Shown here: in pieces, positions 9,004 through 18,268 of the stretch
How positions within the stretch are numbered: the first letter of the stretch is position 1
Layout of the letters: each line of letters starts with the position of its first letter
NCBI GenBank assembly: GCA_965277285.1
Contig: OZ255721.1
Span: 3,232,001-3,296,000, forward strand
Source of the DNA: Abditibacteriaceae bacterium
Lineage (GTDB): Bacteria > Armatimonadota > Abditibacteriia > Abditibacteriales > Abditibacteriaceae
DNA: 64,000 bases
Direction of reading: 5' to 3'
The notes under the pieces: model-generated
Told to the model about the DNA's origin: nothing
What the model saw: the letters and a program-made list of their open reading frames with translations, nothing else
Databases searched by the model: none
Program-made: the position numbers and the translations under genes

Positions 9004-9531
9004 TTACAGGCCGAAACGGGTGTGCGATTTTTCGCGTTCTTTAGCGAGGATTGCGCCGGTAACGATTAATCCCAGTCCGGTGAGAATTTGCGCCCACGAG
9101 GAAACGCTCAGGCCTTGTTGCGCTTTTTCCACAGGTTCGGGCGTTTCTTCGGTTGGTTCGGTCGCGCTCGCCATCGGCGTATAGGCTTCGGGTTCGTAGT
9201 GCGTCGAATATTCGCCCAAAGCCAGACTTGCGACCGAGGAAACCACGGCGCCGACGTACAACAAATCTTTCAAGCGCGCGACGTTTTTATAAGTATCGCT
9301 GGGGCGCTTGGGCGGGTTGCGACGCATGAGAATATGCGAAACCAGAGCGCCCGACAAACCTGCCACGGCGTAAGGCTGAAAACGCGCCCAGCCTTCATCG
9401 ACCATTTTGCCGCGCTCTTCCGGGTCGTCCAAAACTTCGACCGCGGGGTTCATGGCGAAGGTGCCCATCAAGGTTCCGCCCCACCAAACTGCCACGCCCA
9501 CGTCTTGAATGATATTGACAATCTTTCCCAT
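9004..9531 (-). CDS. Hypothetical membrane protein (about 4 TM)
   Basis: 175-aa ORF with hydrophobic helices (DVGVAVWWGGTLMG...); GGAGG upstream. Confidence 0.7.
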   Translation of the reverse strand: MGKIVNIIQDVGVAVWWGGTLMGTFAMNPAVEVLDDPEERGKMVDEGWARFQPYAVAGLSGALVSHILMRRNPPKRPSDTYKNVARLKDLLYVGAVVSSVASLALGEYSTHYEPEAYTPMASATEPTEETPEPVEKAQQGLSVSSWAQILTGLGLIVTGAILAKEREKSHTRFGL

Positions 9532-9648
9532 TTTCCGGCCTCCACAAAAGGTTTTCGTTTGGCTTTTCTATGCAACTTTGCGGCGCTCGCTTGGGCAAGC
9601 GTTGTGCCGCTTTCTCGCAAATCGAGTACTCGAATTGTACCCGAATTC

Positions 9649-10356
9649 TTATGAATAAAGCGGTTCGGGATGAAACGTCTCGACCAACGCACCGTCGCGC
9701 ATCCGAAACACGATGTCGGCGTCGTCCAAAATCTCCATGTCGTGTGTCACGATAATCAAGGCGCCGTGCTCGCGCTGCGTTTTCAAAACGTCCATCACGC
9801 GCGTTCCCGTCGCAATATCGAGCGAAGCTGTCGGTTCATCAACAAACAAAAAGTTGGGACGATGCACCAAGCCGCGCGCCATCGAAGCGCGCACGCGTTC
9901 GCCGCCCGAACATTCGTTGGGAAACTTGGGCGCCAAGTCCGCGATGCCCAATTCTTCCAGCAAATGCAAAGCGCGACTTTGATCGTCGGCGCCCGCGTTT
10001 TCAATCGGCACCAGCACGTTTTCTAAAATGCTAAGGTAAGAAATCAGAAACGGCTGCTGAAAGACGAAACCGAATTCGCGCCGACGGAAGTCGATTTTGT
10101 CGTTGGCAGGCGCTTTGGAATAGAGAAAATCACGAATCCACACTTCGCCCGAAGTGGCGCTTTTCAAGCCCGACAAAAGATACATCAACGATGATTTGCC
10201 ACTTCCCGACGGCCCGACGATGCCCGCGAACTGCCGCGCGCCGACGTTCAATGAAACTTCGCGCACTGCATAGGTCGTCGAACGCGCCGTTTCATACGTC
10301 AAAACCAGGTTGTCAGCGCGCAAAGCGACTTCAGCCGCAGTTTGATTATTTGACAT
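9649..10356 (-). CDS. ABC transporter ATP-binding protein (LolD/MacB-like)
   Basis: Walker A GPSGSGKS, FVFQQ, CSGGE, FVDEPTASLD, IVTHD. Confidence 0.92.
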   Translation of the reverse strand: MSNNQTAAEVALRADNLVLTYETARSTTYAVREVSLNVGARQFAGIVGPSGSGKSSLMYLLSGLKSATSGEVWIRDFLYSKAPANDKIDFRRREFGFVFQQPFLISYLSILENVLVPIENAGADDQSRALHLLEELGIADLAPKFPNECSGGERVRASMARGLVHRPNFLFVDEPTASLDIATGTRVMDVLKTQREHGALIIVTHDMEILDDADIVFRMRDGALVETFHPEPLYS

Positions 10357-10389
10357 TCATCATTCCGTATTCATCATTCATCATTTCTT

Positions 10390-11730
10390 TTAGCGTCGTT
10401 CCATAATGTCAATTGGGTCGAGCCGGTACAGGCGCGATAAAACGGTCGCCAAACTGGAAAGTCCGACTAAAACCGGAATCGGCAAGGTGTAGCGAATCGC
10501 CAGGCTGTCGAGCGGCGCGAGAATGAGGCCGCGCGGCGTCATGTAAACCGCATCGAGTACTCGAAACAGCGTCCACGTCAGGCCAATTCCCAGCAGCCAA
10601 CCAACGACGACCAACATTCCGGTTTCGACCATGACGCGGCGCGCTAAGCGTTCGCGGCGAAAGCCAAAGGCGCTTAAAAGCCCGAATTCGCCCAATCGTT
10701 GCTCGAAATAAATGTTCGCCAGAAAGCCGCTCATCAAGGCGACGGCGCCGATCACGAGCGCATCGGCAATGGCGAGAAATTGATACAAAAACTCCAAATG
10801 CGTGCGTAGTTCGCCGACCAGAGTCGAAAAAGTAATCAGCTTGACGTAGCGCACATCGGCTTCATCGAAGCCGTTTTTCTGAGGATTGTCGATCAATGTT
10901 TCGACATTGCGATTGAAGTCGTTGATGCGTCCTGGTTTGGCGACCATCAGATAAGAAGTGCGCTGCACGACATCGGGAATTTCGAGTTGCAAATAAGTGC
11001 GGTCACAGAAACCAACGTCTTCGCCGCCATCCAAAATGCCGACGAGATGCTGGTTTTCGGGAATCGGCGGCGGGCTGAGCAATTCTTTTTTGCCGCGAAT
11101 CCATTCGTCGCATTTAACGCCGAAATTGTTCGCCCATTGCCGCGTCATTACGACTTCGGGCGTATTTTCCTTCGGCAAGCGGCCTTCCACCAAACGATTG
11201 CCGCTGTCGGTGACGGCATGGTTCATATCAGCCGCATCAACGCCGTAAAACGGAACCGGCATTTGCCCGAAAACCGTCCGAATGTTCATAATCGTCGGTA
11301 TTACGACGTGAGTGCGCAATAAATTCGGATCGCGTTGCGCGCGCGCCACGACATTGGGCGCCACATCGCGTTCGAGTTGCGAAGTCAAAACCGAAAAGCG
11401 ACGCGTTAAGCCGTAATGTGTCGTAATCGAGCGATCTACGGAATTGAGCAGCGTGACAATGGCGGCGATGAGAAAACAGGAAATCACAATCGCGCCGCCG
11501 ATGGGCAAAGTGCGCGCGATGTTGCGCCGATAATAGGTCAAAGGCGACAGCGGCGGCAAGGTTTTTTGCGCTTTGGGACGCGAATGCTCGCGCGTGGCGG
11601 CTGTGGGCTGCGTCGCCGAACGCGAAGACGAATATCGAGTACTCGAATGATTGGAATCGGCGGACACAGCGCGCGGTGGAATGTCGCGCGATTCTTCGTT
11701 GGGCGTTTCGGTTTCGGGAGGAGCTTGCAC
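10390..11730 (-). CDS. FtsX/MacB-type ABC permease
   Basis: N-terminal TM, periplasmic domain (VEGRLP), C-terminal QRLGEFGLLSAFGF and LDPIDIMERR; adjacent to the ATPase. Confidence 0.85.
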   Translation of the reverse strand: MQAPPETETPNEESRDIPPRAVSADSNHSSTRYSSSRSATQPTAATREHSRPKAQKTLPPLSPLTYYRRNIARTLPIGGAIVISCFLIAAIVTLLNSVDRSITTHYGLTRRFSVLTSQLERDVAPNVVARAQRDPNLLRTHVVIPTIMNIRTVFGQMPVPFYGVDAADMNHAVTDSGNRLVEGRLPKENTPEVVMTRQWANNFGVKCDEWIRGKKELLSPPPIPENQHLVGILDGGEDVGFCDRTYLQLEIPDVVQRTSYLMVAKPGRINDFNRNVETLIDNPQKNGFDEADVRYVKLITFSTLVGELRTHLEFLYQFLAIADALVIGAVALMSGFLANIYFEQRLGEFGLLSAFGFRRERLARRVMVETGMLVVVGWLLGIGLTWTLFRVLDAVYMTPRGLILAPLDSLAIRYTLPIPVLVGLSSLATVLSRLYRLDPIDIMERR

Positions 11731-11805
11731 AAGGGAAGTTTAACTAATGATGAGAACTGCGGCTTTCCATTACTATGGAATAATTATGTAAGAAAGGAGA
11801 AAACT

Positions 11806-12015
11806 ATGACGACCAACCGTAAATTGATTTGCGCGCTTACTGCTGTAATTATTATTGGCCTCCTTTCTGAACTATTGCCGCTTATCTTTCCGCCTCGTTC
11901 GACAGTTGGCTTATGGGCATCTGTTGCCTTGTTGGGGTTAATAACTGTCCCAATGTTTTACATAACTGGAACATTAGCACGGTTCGTTGTGATAAGGATT
12001 AAACGAATGAAATGA
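11806..12015 (+). CDS. Small 2-TM hypothetical protein, AT-rich
   Basis: AAGGAG RBS then MTTNRKLICALTAVIIIGLL...; composition differs from neighbours. Confidence 0.55.
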   Translation: MTTNRKLICALTAVIIIGLLSELLPLIFPPRSTVGLWASVALLGLITVPMFYITGTLARFVVIRIKRMK

Positions 12016-13333
12016 TTTTATCTGTGATCTCTAATTCGTTTTCAATCCAATCGCACGCCGTTTGCGTACCGCGTTCGTTACGGATTTGCGCGCCGACGAT
12101 TTGCGCGCGTTCGGCGTAACAACGAGTACTCGATAAGCGCTGCAGCTCGTGCGCGACGCGCGATGCTTTGTATTTCGATTTGGGCAACAAGCGCGCGACG
12201 CCGCAACGCTGCGTGCGTAAAGCGTTGTCCGGCTGATCTTGCGAATGCGGCATAATGAGCATTGGCTTGGCGGCTTGCAAACACAACGCGATTGTCCCGA
12301 TTCCACCGTGATGAACCGCCATTTCGCAATGCGGCAAAACTTGGGAAAGCGGCACATAAGAAAGCGGAAAAATGTCGTCCGCGAAATCGAGTTTCGGCCA
12401 CAATTGCGCGTCGCGTCCCAGCACAAAAATCGCGCGACGCTTCATCAGGCGAACGGCTTGCAAACTTTGCGTCCAAAAATCGCCCGCGCTCATCGCCGAC
12501 GACGCGCCGAGCGTAAACAAAATCGGCGGCTGCGCGCTTTCGCTCAAAAACCATTGCAGTTCTGCGCTAAGTTTTTCGCCTTCATCTCGGTCATACAAAC
12601 AAAATCCGGTGGCGCGTATTTGCGGCGGCCAATCTTTTTGTGGCGGCGCCAAAGCGGGCGAAAACAATCCGAGTACTCGATGCGGCGAATGCGCGTCATC
12701 GAACAGTGGCGAAATGCTTTCTGGCAAACCAAATTCGCGGCGCAATTCCTTCAAGGAACCCAAAGGTTGTGCCAGCCATTTCCCAAGCCAGCGGTTCCAA
12801 CTGCGCACCGCGATTTTGCCCAAAACAGGAACGTTCGCCAAAGCCGGAACAATCGGCAACGATGGCGGATCATCGACCGATTGCAAAAACATCGGCGACA
12901 CAATGGCGGAAATCCAGCGCATTTTTACGGCATTTCGAGTACTCGATTGCGCCGCAACTAAAGGCGCCACGACAGACATCGAATGCGAGACGAAAATGTC
13001 GGCGTCGCGCGTGGTTTCGCATAAATCGTCGAAGGTTTGGCGCACGTTGGGCGCGACGATTTCTTGCAAAAGATATTTTGCGCCGCCGCTGATCGGGTTC
13101 ATTACGCGCTCGTAAAAGGCGGCGTTGTTGGACAAATCGGGCAAATCGGGACGAATCGGGAAGAACTCCAAACCGGCGTTTTCGGTGGCGCCGCGATACA
13201 ATTCGCACGTCGCAATTACGACATGATGGCCGCGACTTTTCAGTTCGCGCCCAATGGCGAGATAAGGATGCACATCGCCGAACGAGCCGAAAGTTGTCAG
13301 CACGATTTTGGAAGAAGCGGGACGAAAATTCAT
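11999..13333 (-). CDS. GT1-family (UDP-glycosyl/MGT-like) glycosyltransferase
   Basis: TFGSFGDVHPYLAIGRELKSRGH; YVPLSQVLP..AVHHGGIGT..PHSQDQPDNA. Confidence 0.9.
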   Translation of the reverse strand: MNFRPASSKIVLTTFGSFGDVHPYLAIGRELKSRGHHVVIATCELYRGATENAGLEFFPIRPDLPDLSNNAAFYERVMNPISGGAKYLLQEIVAPNVRQTFDDLCETTRDADIFVSHSMSVVAPLVAAQSSTRNAVKMRWISAIVSPMFLQSVDDPPSLPIVPALANVPVLGKIAVRSWNRWLGKWLAQPLGSLKELRREFGLPESISPLFDDAHSPHRVLGLFSPALAPPQKDWPPQIRATGFCLYDRDEGEKLSAELQWFLSESAQPPILFTLGASSAMSAGDFWTQSLQAVRLMKRRAIFVLGRDAQLWPKLDFADDIFPLSYVPLSQVLPHCEMAVHHGGIGTIALCLQAAKPMLIMPHSQDQPDNALRTQRCGVARLLPKSKYKASRVAHELQRLSSTRCYAERAQIVGAQIRNERGTQTACDWIENELEITDKIISFV

Positions 13334-13454
13334 AATGGAAGAAAGGCGTCGTTTATTGTAACGAATGCAAAGCGACAACAACGCCGAAAAAGTGTTTTGG
13401 AAAGATTGTAAGGAGAGAATACGGAACTTCGTTACATCCGCCCAGAGGGCACCC

Positions 13455-13541
13455 GGAACGGATGAACACGGATCAAAAAAGAAAGGATCGAGTACTCGAT
13501 TTGCAATTTGTAAAATCCGTGAAAACCCGTTCAATCCGTGT
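13455..13541. repeat. ACACGGAT-type inverted-repeat element with central TCGAGTACTCGA
   Basis: acggatgaacacggat ... atccgtgaaaacccgttcaatccgtgt; second copy at about 48770-48858. Confidence 0.7.
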
Positions 13542-13747
13542 AACGCCGTGTAACGAAGTTCCGTGTTCTCTCGAACCGTCGCGTTCTATCAGCGTCCGCG
13601 CGGCGTTTGCAAAGCGCAGATTCCACCACGTTTCTTTTGGCTCATAGAAAAGAAGCGGGTAAACTGTCGCCGCTACCCGAATTTGCCGTTGCCTGCGTTG
13701 CCAGACACCGCGTTGCCGCACACTGCGTTGCCAAACCTTTCAACTTC

Positions 13748-15304
13748 ATGCCCTTTCCCGTTTCAGAAGCGCCCGTCGTCATATCTCCCGTTTCTCCTGG
13801 CGCGCCTTCGACGCCCGAAGTCACTGCTCCTCATGCGGGAAAAACGCGCCGTCGCCGCACTTCGCGCTCGATTGCTTCACGTTCGGTGCGCCGTGTTATT
13901 CGTCGCGTCTCGCCGCGTCCGTCTGGAAAATTGAGTGCTGCGAGATCGAGTACTCGAAACGCGAAAAAACGTCCACCGGGGCCGCGTCGCTTTACGCCGC
14001 TCAAGCATTTGATGGCGTTGCAACACGATCCGATTCGCTGGTTCACGCAATTGACGCAACAACACGGCGACTTCGTGCATTTGCGTTTGGGGCCGACCGA
14101 TTTATTCCTCATCAATCATCCCGATTTGGTCGAGGAAGTTTTGGTGAAAAAGCCGCGCTACTTTTCCAAAGGTCGCGCCATGCGCAAAATGATGCACGTT
14201 TTGGGCGAAGGCTTGCTGACCAGCGAAGGCGCGGTTCATCGTCGCCAACGCCGATTATCGCAGCCAGCGTTTCACCGCGAACGCGTCAATTCCTACGCTG
14301 AAATGATGATAGGCTGCGCCCTTAAAACGCGCGCGCAATGGGAAAATCAACCACTCGATGAACTGCTCGATGTGAATTCTTCGATGAAGCATTTGACGAT
14401 GGCGGTCGTCGGCAAAACGATGTTGAGCATCGATATGGAAGGCGAAAACGCCGACTTGGGCGCCGTGATGACCGACTTAATGGACGCCTTCAACTGGCTG
14501 GTTTTGCCTGGTTTTGGCCTTCTGGAACAACTGCCGGTGCCCAAAATGAAGCGTTCTCGCACTGCGCGCGCTCGTTTGAATTCGATGATTTATCGCCTGA
14601 TTGCCGAGCGTCGCAAAGACACCGAAGATCGCGGCGATTTGCTGTCGATGTTGTTGCTGACCGAAGACGAAGACGGCGGCATGATGAGCGATTTGCAAGT
14701 GCGCGACGAAGCGATGACGATCTTTATCGCCGGTCACGAATCGCAGACCAACGCGCTCAACTGGGTTTGGTTTTTGTTGTCGCAACATCCCGAAGTCGAG
14801 GCGAAGGTGCACGAAGAACTGGATCGAGTACTCGAAGGCCGCGCGCCAACGTCCGCCGATTACTTCAATTTGACTTACACCAAAATGGTGTTTCAGGAAA
14901 CCTTGCGGATGTATGCGCCGGTGTGGACGATGGGGCGCCGCGCCACCAGCGACGTTCATATCGGCGGCTATCTGGTGCCCAAAGGTTCCGCCGTGATGAT
15001 GAGTCCGTATGTTCTGGGACGCGACGCGCGTTTTTACAATCACCCGAACATCTTCGACCCCGAACGATGGCGCGGCGATGCCGCTCTCAGCCGCCCGAAG
15101 TATGCGTATTTCCCGTTTGGCGCTGGCCCGCGCTTGTGCATCGGCGAAGCCTTCGCCTGGATGGAAGGCGTTTTATTAGTTGCAACTCTGGCGCAAAAGT
15201 TTCGCTTGAAGTTGCCCAAAGATCATCCGCCAGTCGAACCGCATCCCGTTGTCACTGTTGGCCCGCGCCACGGCTTGAAGATGATTTTAGAGCGGCGCAA
15301 TTGA
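13748..15304 (+). CDS. Cytochrome P450
   Basis: I-helix AGHES, K-helix ETLR, FDPERW, heme motif YFPFGAGPRLCIG; start uncertain. Confidence 0.93.
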   Translation: MPFPVSEAPVVISPVSPGAPSTPEVTAPHAGKTRRRRTSRSIASRSVRRVIRRVSPRPSGKLSAARSSTRNAKKRPPGPRRFTPLKHLMALQHDPIRWFTQLTQQHGDFVHLRLGPTDLFLINHPDLVEEVLVKKPRYFSKGRAMRKMMHVLGEGLLTSEGAVHRRQRRLSQPAFHRERVNSYAEMMIGCALKTRAQWENQPLDELLDVNSSMKHLTMAVVGKTMLSIDMEGENADLGAVMTDLMDAFNWLVLPGFGLLEQLPVPKMKRSRTARARLNSMIYRLIAERRKDTEDRGDLLSMLLLTEDEDGGMMSDLQVRDEAMTIFIAGHESQTNALNWVWFLLSQHPEVEAKVHEELDRVLEGRAPTSADYFNLTYTKMVFQETLRMYAPVWTMGRRATSDVHIGGYLVPKGSAVMMSPYVLGRDARFYNHPNIFDPERWRGDAALSRPKYAYFPFGAGPRLCIGEAFAWMEGVLLVATLAQKFRLKLPKDHPPVEPHPVVTVGPRHGLKMILERRN

Positions 15305-15370
15305 TGAACTGCCAAGGCGCAGAGAACGCCAGGAAGAGAAATCGAGTATTTGATGGTGTGAAGGTAATTT

Positions 15371-15664
15371 ATGAGTAGCAATCCTGGAGTTTACGAACGT
15401 TACAAAGAGCATTTTGCTTGCTTCAAGTGCCGCAAAATGTTCAAACAAACTGCTTGGCGTGGCTTGGAAGAATCGCTCCGTTGTCAATTCAAAGATTATC
15501 AAGACTTCGTCCACAACTACAAAGCGCCTTGCCCGCAATGTGGCGCGCCAATGCAGAATATGGGAAAAGGTTTTAGACCTCCACGACAAAAAGAAGTCAG
15601 GCTGTGGCTTGAACTTGAAGAAAAGGCCAAGCAAGGTGCCAAGTTCTATGGCTGGCGCTGGTGA
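15371..15664 (+). CDS. Small Cys-rich (putative Zn-ribbon) hypothetical protein
   Basis: ACFKCRKMFKQ...CPQCGAPMQNMGKGFRPP; similar to 45924-46325. Confidence 0.7.
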   Translation: MSSNPGVYERYKEHFACFKCRKMFKQTAWRGLEESLRCQFKDYQDFVHNYKAPCPQCGAPMQNMGKGFRPPRQKEVRLWLELEEKAKQGAKFYGWRW

Positions 15665-15701
15665 ACAAAAAATCTCAAATTCGAGTACTCGATAGCGATT
15701 G

Positions 15702-16028
15702 TCATTCTGCACAAAGCGGAGAACTCGTGTCCTTACTTTGTGTTTCCGAGAGCCTGCGTTGCACACGTTTTACCAGATCTTCGACAACCGTTCGCGCGCC
15801 GAATACTTTGAGGCCTTCGTAAGTTTCAGATTGAATCGTGACAACTTCGCCATCCACGCTGAACTTCATCCAGCTTATTTCTTGTGAACCGCCCGCGCCC
15901 GACCATTTGTTGAGTTGCTGCGCCTGCAACTCATGTTCAAGAACATATTGAAGGCAGATGAAAGGCTGCTCATCAGTGTTCTCGCACAGATGAATTAAAT
16001 ATTGATTTTCATGCTCGAAAGGATTCAT
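15702..16028 (-). CDS. Hypothetical protein
   Basis: MNPFEHENQY... ORF bounded by palindrome copies at 15681 and 16062. Confidence 0.5.
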   Translation of the reverse strand: MNPFEHENQYLIHLCENTDEQPFICLQYVLEHELQAQQLNKWSGAGGSQEISWMKFSVDGEVVTIQSETYEGLKVFGARTVVEDLVKRVQRRLSETQSKDTSSPLCAE

Positions 16029-16107
16029 AGTTTCTTTTCTCAAACGCTGAAACTTTCAACTTCGAGTACTCGATTACTCTTCTTGGCGAACTTGGCGTCT
16101 TGGCGGT

Positions 16108-16878
16108 TCAATCCATCAATTTCGTGGGGTTTTCCAGTAAGCGTTTGAAGCGGCGGAAGGTTTTCAGGCTGCGCACGACGCCGACGACACGCTGATCGAC
16201 GCCAAAGGATAAGTAAACCGTCGGGCGGATTTCGATTTTGTCGCCGACGACAATCGGGCGTAGTTTGGTGCCGCCGATGCTCATCAAAGTCGTCGTTCCC
16301 AGATGATACGGCGTGTAAAACTCCAAATCGCTCAAATCTACGCTGGTGATTTGAAAGGTTCCGACTTTGGCGCGCCGAATCTTGGCCGAACGCCCCAATC
16401 CGCCAATCAGGGTGCGGCGAACGCTGCCCGGAATCCAGCGTGCGTAACGGTGCCAGCGCGCGCCGCCTTGCGCTTTGGCGAGTTTTTCTCCTTCGATGGC
16501 CTGCAAGGTTTTCTCGCGCAGTTCATTATGAATGTCGCGCAGGTTTTTGGTTTGCGCGTTTTGAATGACGATAATCGGCGTTATGCTGCGTCCTGTGGCG
16601 ACAGAAACGCCGATGTCAACCGAATCGGGAAAGACGATTTTGTTGCCCTGCAAAACCGCTTGCAGATACGGCTCGCGTTCGAGAATATAAGCCGAAGCGC
16701 GAATGATGACCTGCAAATCGGTCAGCGCCAGCCCGTGTTTTTCCTGATACTGCGCGCGAAACGCATGAACGCCGCTCATATCGAGCATCATCACGGCGTG
16801 GCCGTCGGGCGCGCTGGAGGTGCGCATCGCGTCCGCCATAATACGGTGCGTGAAATCGAGAGGTTCAGAACGAAGCAT
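16108..16878 (-). CDS. Stand-alone 2-oxoacid dehydrogenase E2-like acyltransferase domain
   Basis: VDIGVSVAT..TPIIVIQNAQTKNLRDI..GTFQITS..IRPTVYLSFGVDQRVVG; no lipoyl domain. Confidence 0.75.
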   Translation of the reverse strand: MLRSEPLDFTHRIMADAMRTSSAPDGHAVMMLDMSGVHAFRAQYQEKHGLALTDLQVIIRASAYILEREPYLQAVLQGNKIVFPDSVDIGVSVATGRSITPIIVIQNAQTKNLRDIHNELREKTLQAIEGEKLAKAQGGARWHRYARWIPGSVRRTLIGGLGRSAKIRRAKVGTFQITSVDLSDLEFYTPYHLGTTTLMSIGGTKLRPIVVGDKIEIRPTVYLSFGVDQRVVGVVRSLKTFRRFKRLLENPTKLMD

Positions 16879-16964
16879 AGGTTAAGAGGGATGAGGTAAA
16901 AGGGACGAGTCACAACGCACTTGAAGTTCGACGTACGAGCGATTCGCCGAATCGCCCGTACCAT

Positions 16965-18008
16965 TCACTTCTCATCCCTGGCAACTCGTCCCTGAAGTTG
17001 TTCCCAGACCGGCTTTTCGCCCAGCAAATTCCAGTGGACGCGGCGCGGCAAAACCGGCCAGATGCGTCCGCGAAAGTTGAGGTTCTGCGCGACGGCGCGA
17101 ATATCGTCGCGGATTTGTTGATCGGTGTAGCGCGTCGAGATGTGATACAAGACGACGTTTTCGACTTCGGCTTGCTGCGCCACGCGCAAGGCTTCTTCGA
17201 CTGTGGAATGAACGTGTCCGTGCGCTCGCGCGTTCGGCATCGGTTCGCCTGGTGCACCGTCTTCATCGTCGCCGGAATCGCGGTCTTCGGCGCACAAAAA
17301 TGTCGCTTCATGAAGCAGCAATTTGGCGCCGCGCACTTCGTCGGGATGCAAAGGTTCGCCGTCGCCGCCAACGGAAATCCATTTTTCATCAACCACTTCC
17401 GTAATGCCTTCGCGCCCCAGGCGACGCGCCAAATCTTCGCGTTTGCTGGCGGCGACGTTGCGAAATTGTGGCGAACTCAAGGCTTCGTTGCCAATCTGCG
17501 CGCGCATCGCATCGAGTTCAGCTTGTGACAAATCGCGGAATTCGGGTCGCACTTTTTGCTTGCGCCATAACAAATGAAAGCCCAGAGAACGCGGCTTGTC
17601 TTCGATTTTGTCATCGAGATAATGGCGCGTGCGAAACGCTTTGAGTACGCGATCCGGCACATCGCCGGTTTGCAAACTGTCGCCTTCTTCGAGTGCGTGC
17701 CACACGGCGCGCCAACTCGTCCCGGGATTGAATTTGTTGGCGAAGTTTTCCAATTCACTGAACGAGCGGCTGCCGCAGGGATGCGCGACTGCAAAACTTC
17801 CGGCTTCGCCGCGCTGATTGACGACTTGCAAAAGCCCGCCGATGTGATCTCGGTGCGCGTGCGTCAGGGCAACGGTGTCGATTTTGCGGATTTTGTAGCC
17901 CAGATGCTGCGTGGCGCCATCGCCCGCGTCAATGAGCAGGTGCCAGTCGGGAATCCACATCCACGTCGCAAAACGCGGTGAGGAATGAATGGCCAGTTGA
18001 AGGTTCAT
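16965..18008 (-). CDS. MBL-fold hydrolase, RNase Z-like
   Basis: LIDAGDG, THAHRDHIGG, GGDG, LLHEATF, HST, LYHISTRY. Confidence 0.8.
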   Translation of the reverse strand: MNLQLAIHSSPRFATWMWIPDWHLLIDAGDGATQHLGYKIRKIDTVALTHAHRDHIGGLLQVVNQRGEAGSFAVAHPCGSRSFSELENFANKFNPGTSWRAVWHALEEGDSLQTGDVPDRVLKAFRTRHYLDDKIEDKPRSLGFHLLWRKQKVRPEFRDLSQAELDAMRAQIGNEALSSPQFRNVAASKREDLARRLGREGITEVVDEKWISVGGDGEPLHPDEVRGAKLLLHEATFLCAEDRDSGDDEDGAPGEPMPNARAHGHVHSTVEEALRVAQQAEVENVVLYHISTRYTDQQIRDDIRAVAQNLNFRGRIWPVLPRRVHWNLLGEKPVWEQLQGRVARDEK

Positions 18009-18072
18009 AAAGGAGTGCTTGGTGGTTTGTAATGAGAATCGAGTACTCGATGCAGTTTAGCAGCGTATTCCC

Positions 18073-18183
18073 GTAGGAGCGAAGCATGCTGCGTCCTGAA
18101 CTTTGCGTCCTGAACTTTGCGTCCTGAAAGTTTGTGTTCGATGCAAAGATTCGACAAAAGGCGAAGCATGTTTCGCCCCTACA
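18073..18183. repeat. GTAG-type REP doublet containing a 14-bp tandem triplication
   Basis: gtaggagcgaagcatgctgcgtcc ... ggcgaagcatgtttcgcccctac; internal (gcgtcctgaacttt)x3. Confidence 0.7.
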
Positions 18184-18268
18184 TATTTGTGGACACAAGC
18201 GAAAACGCCGCTGTCTGGAATGAACCAGAGCAGCGGCGTTTTGCTTTTGAGACTTTTAGCGACCGCGA

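Noticed and set aside
13334..13747. N-terminal ORF extensions of the GT (to 13534) and P450 (from 13607), and likewise of the HIT, rpsB and FbpB ORFs
   Set aside because: The extensions run through repeat elements or promoter DNA; downstream starts match family N-termini or RBS positions.
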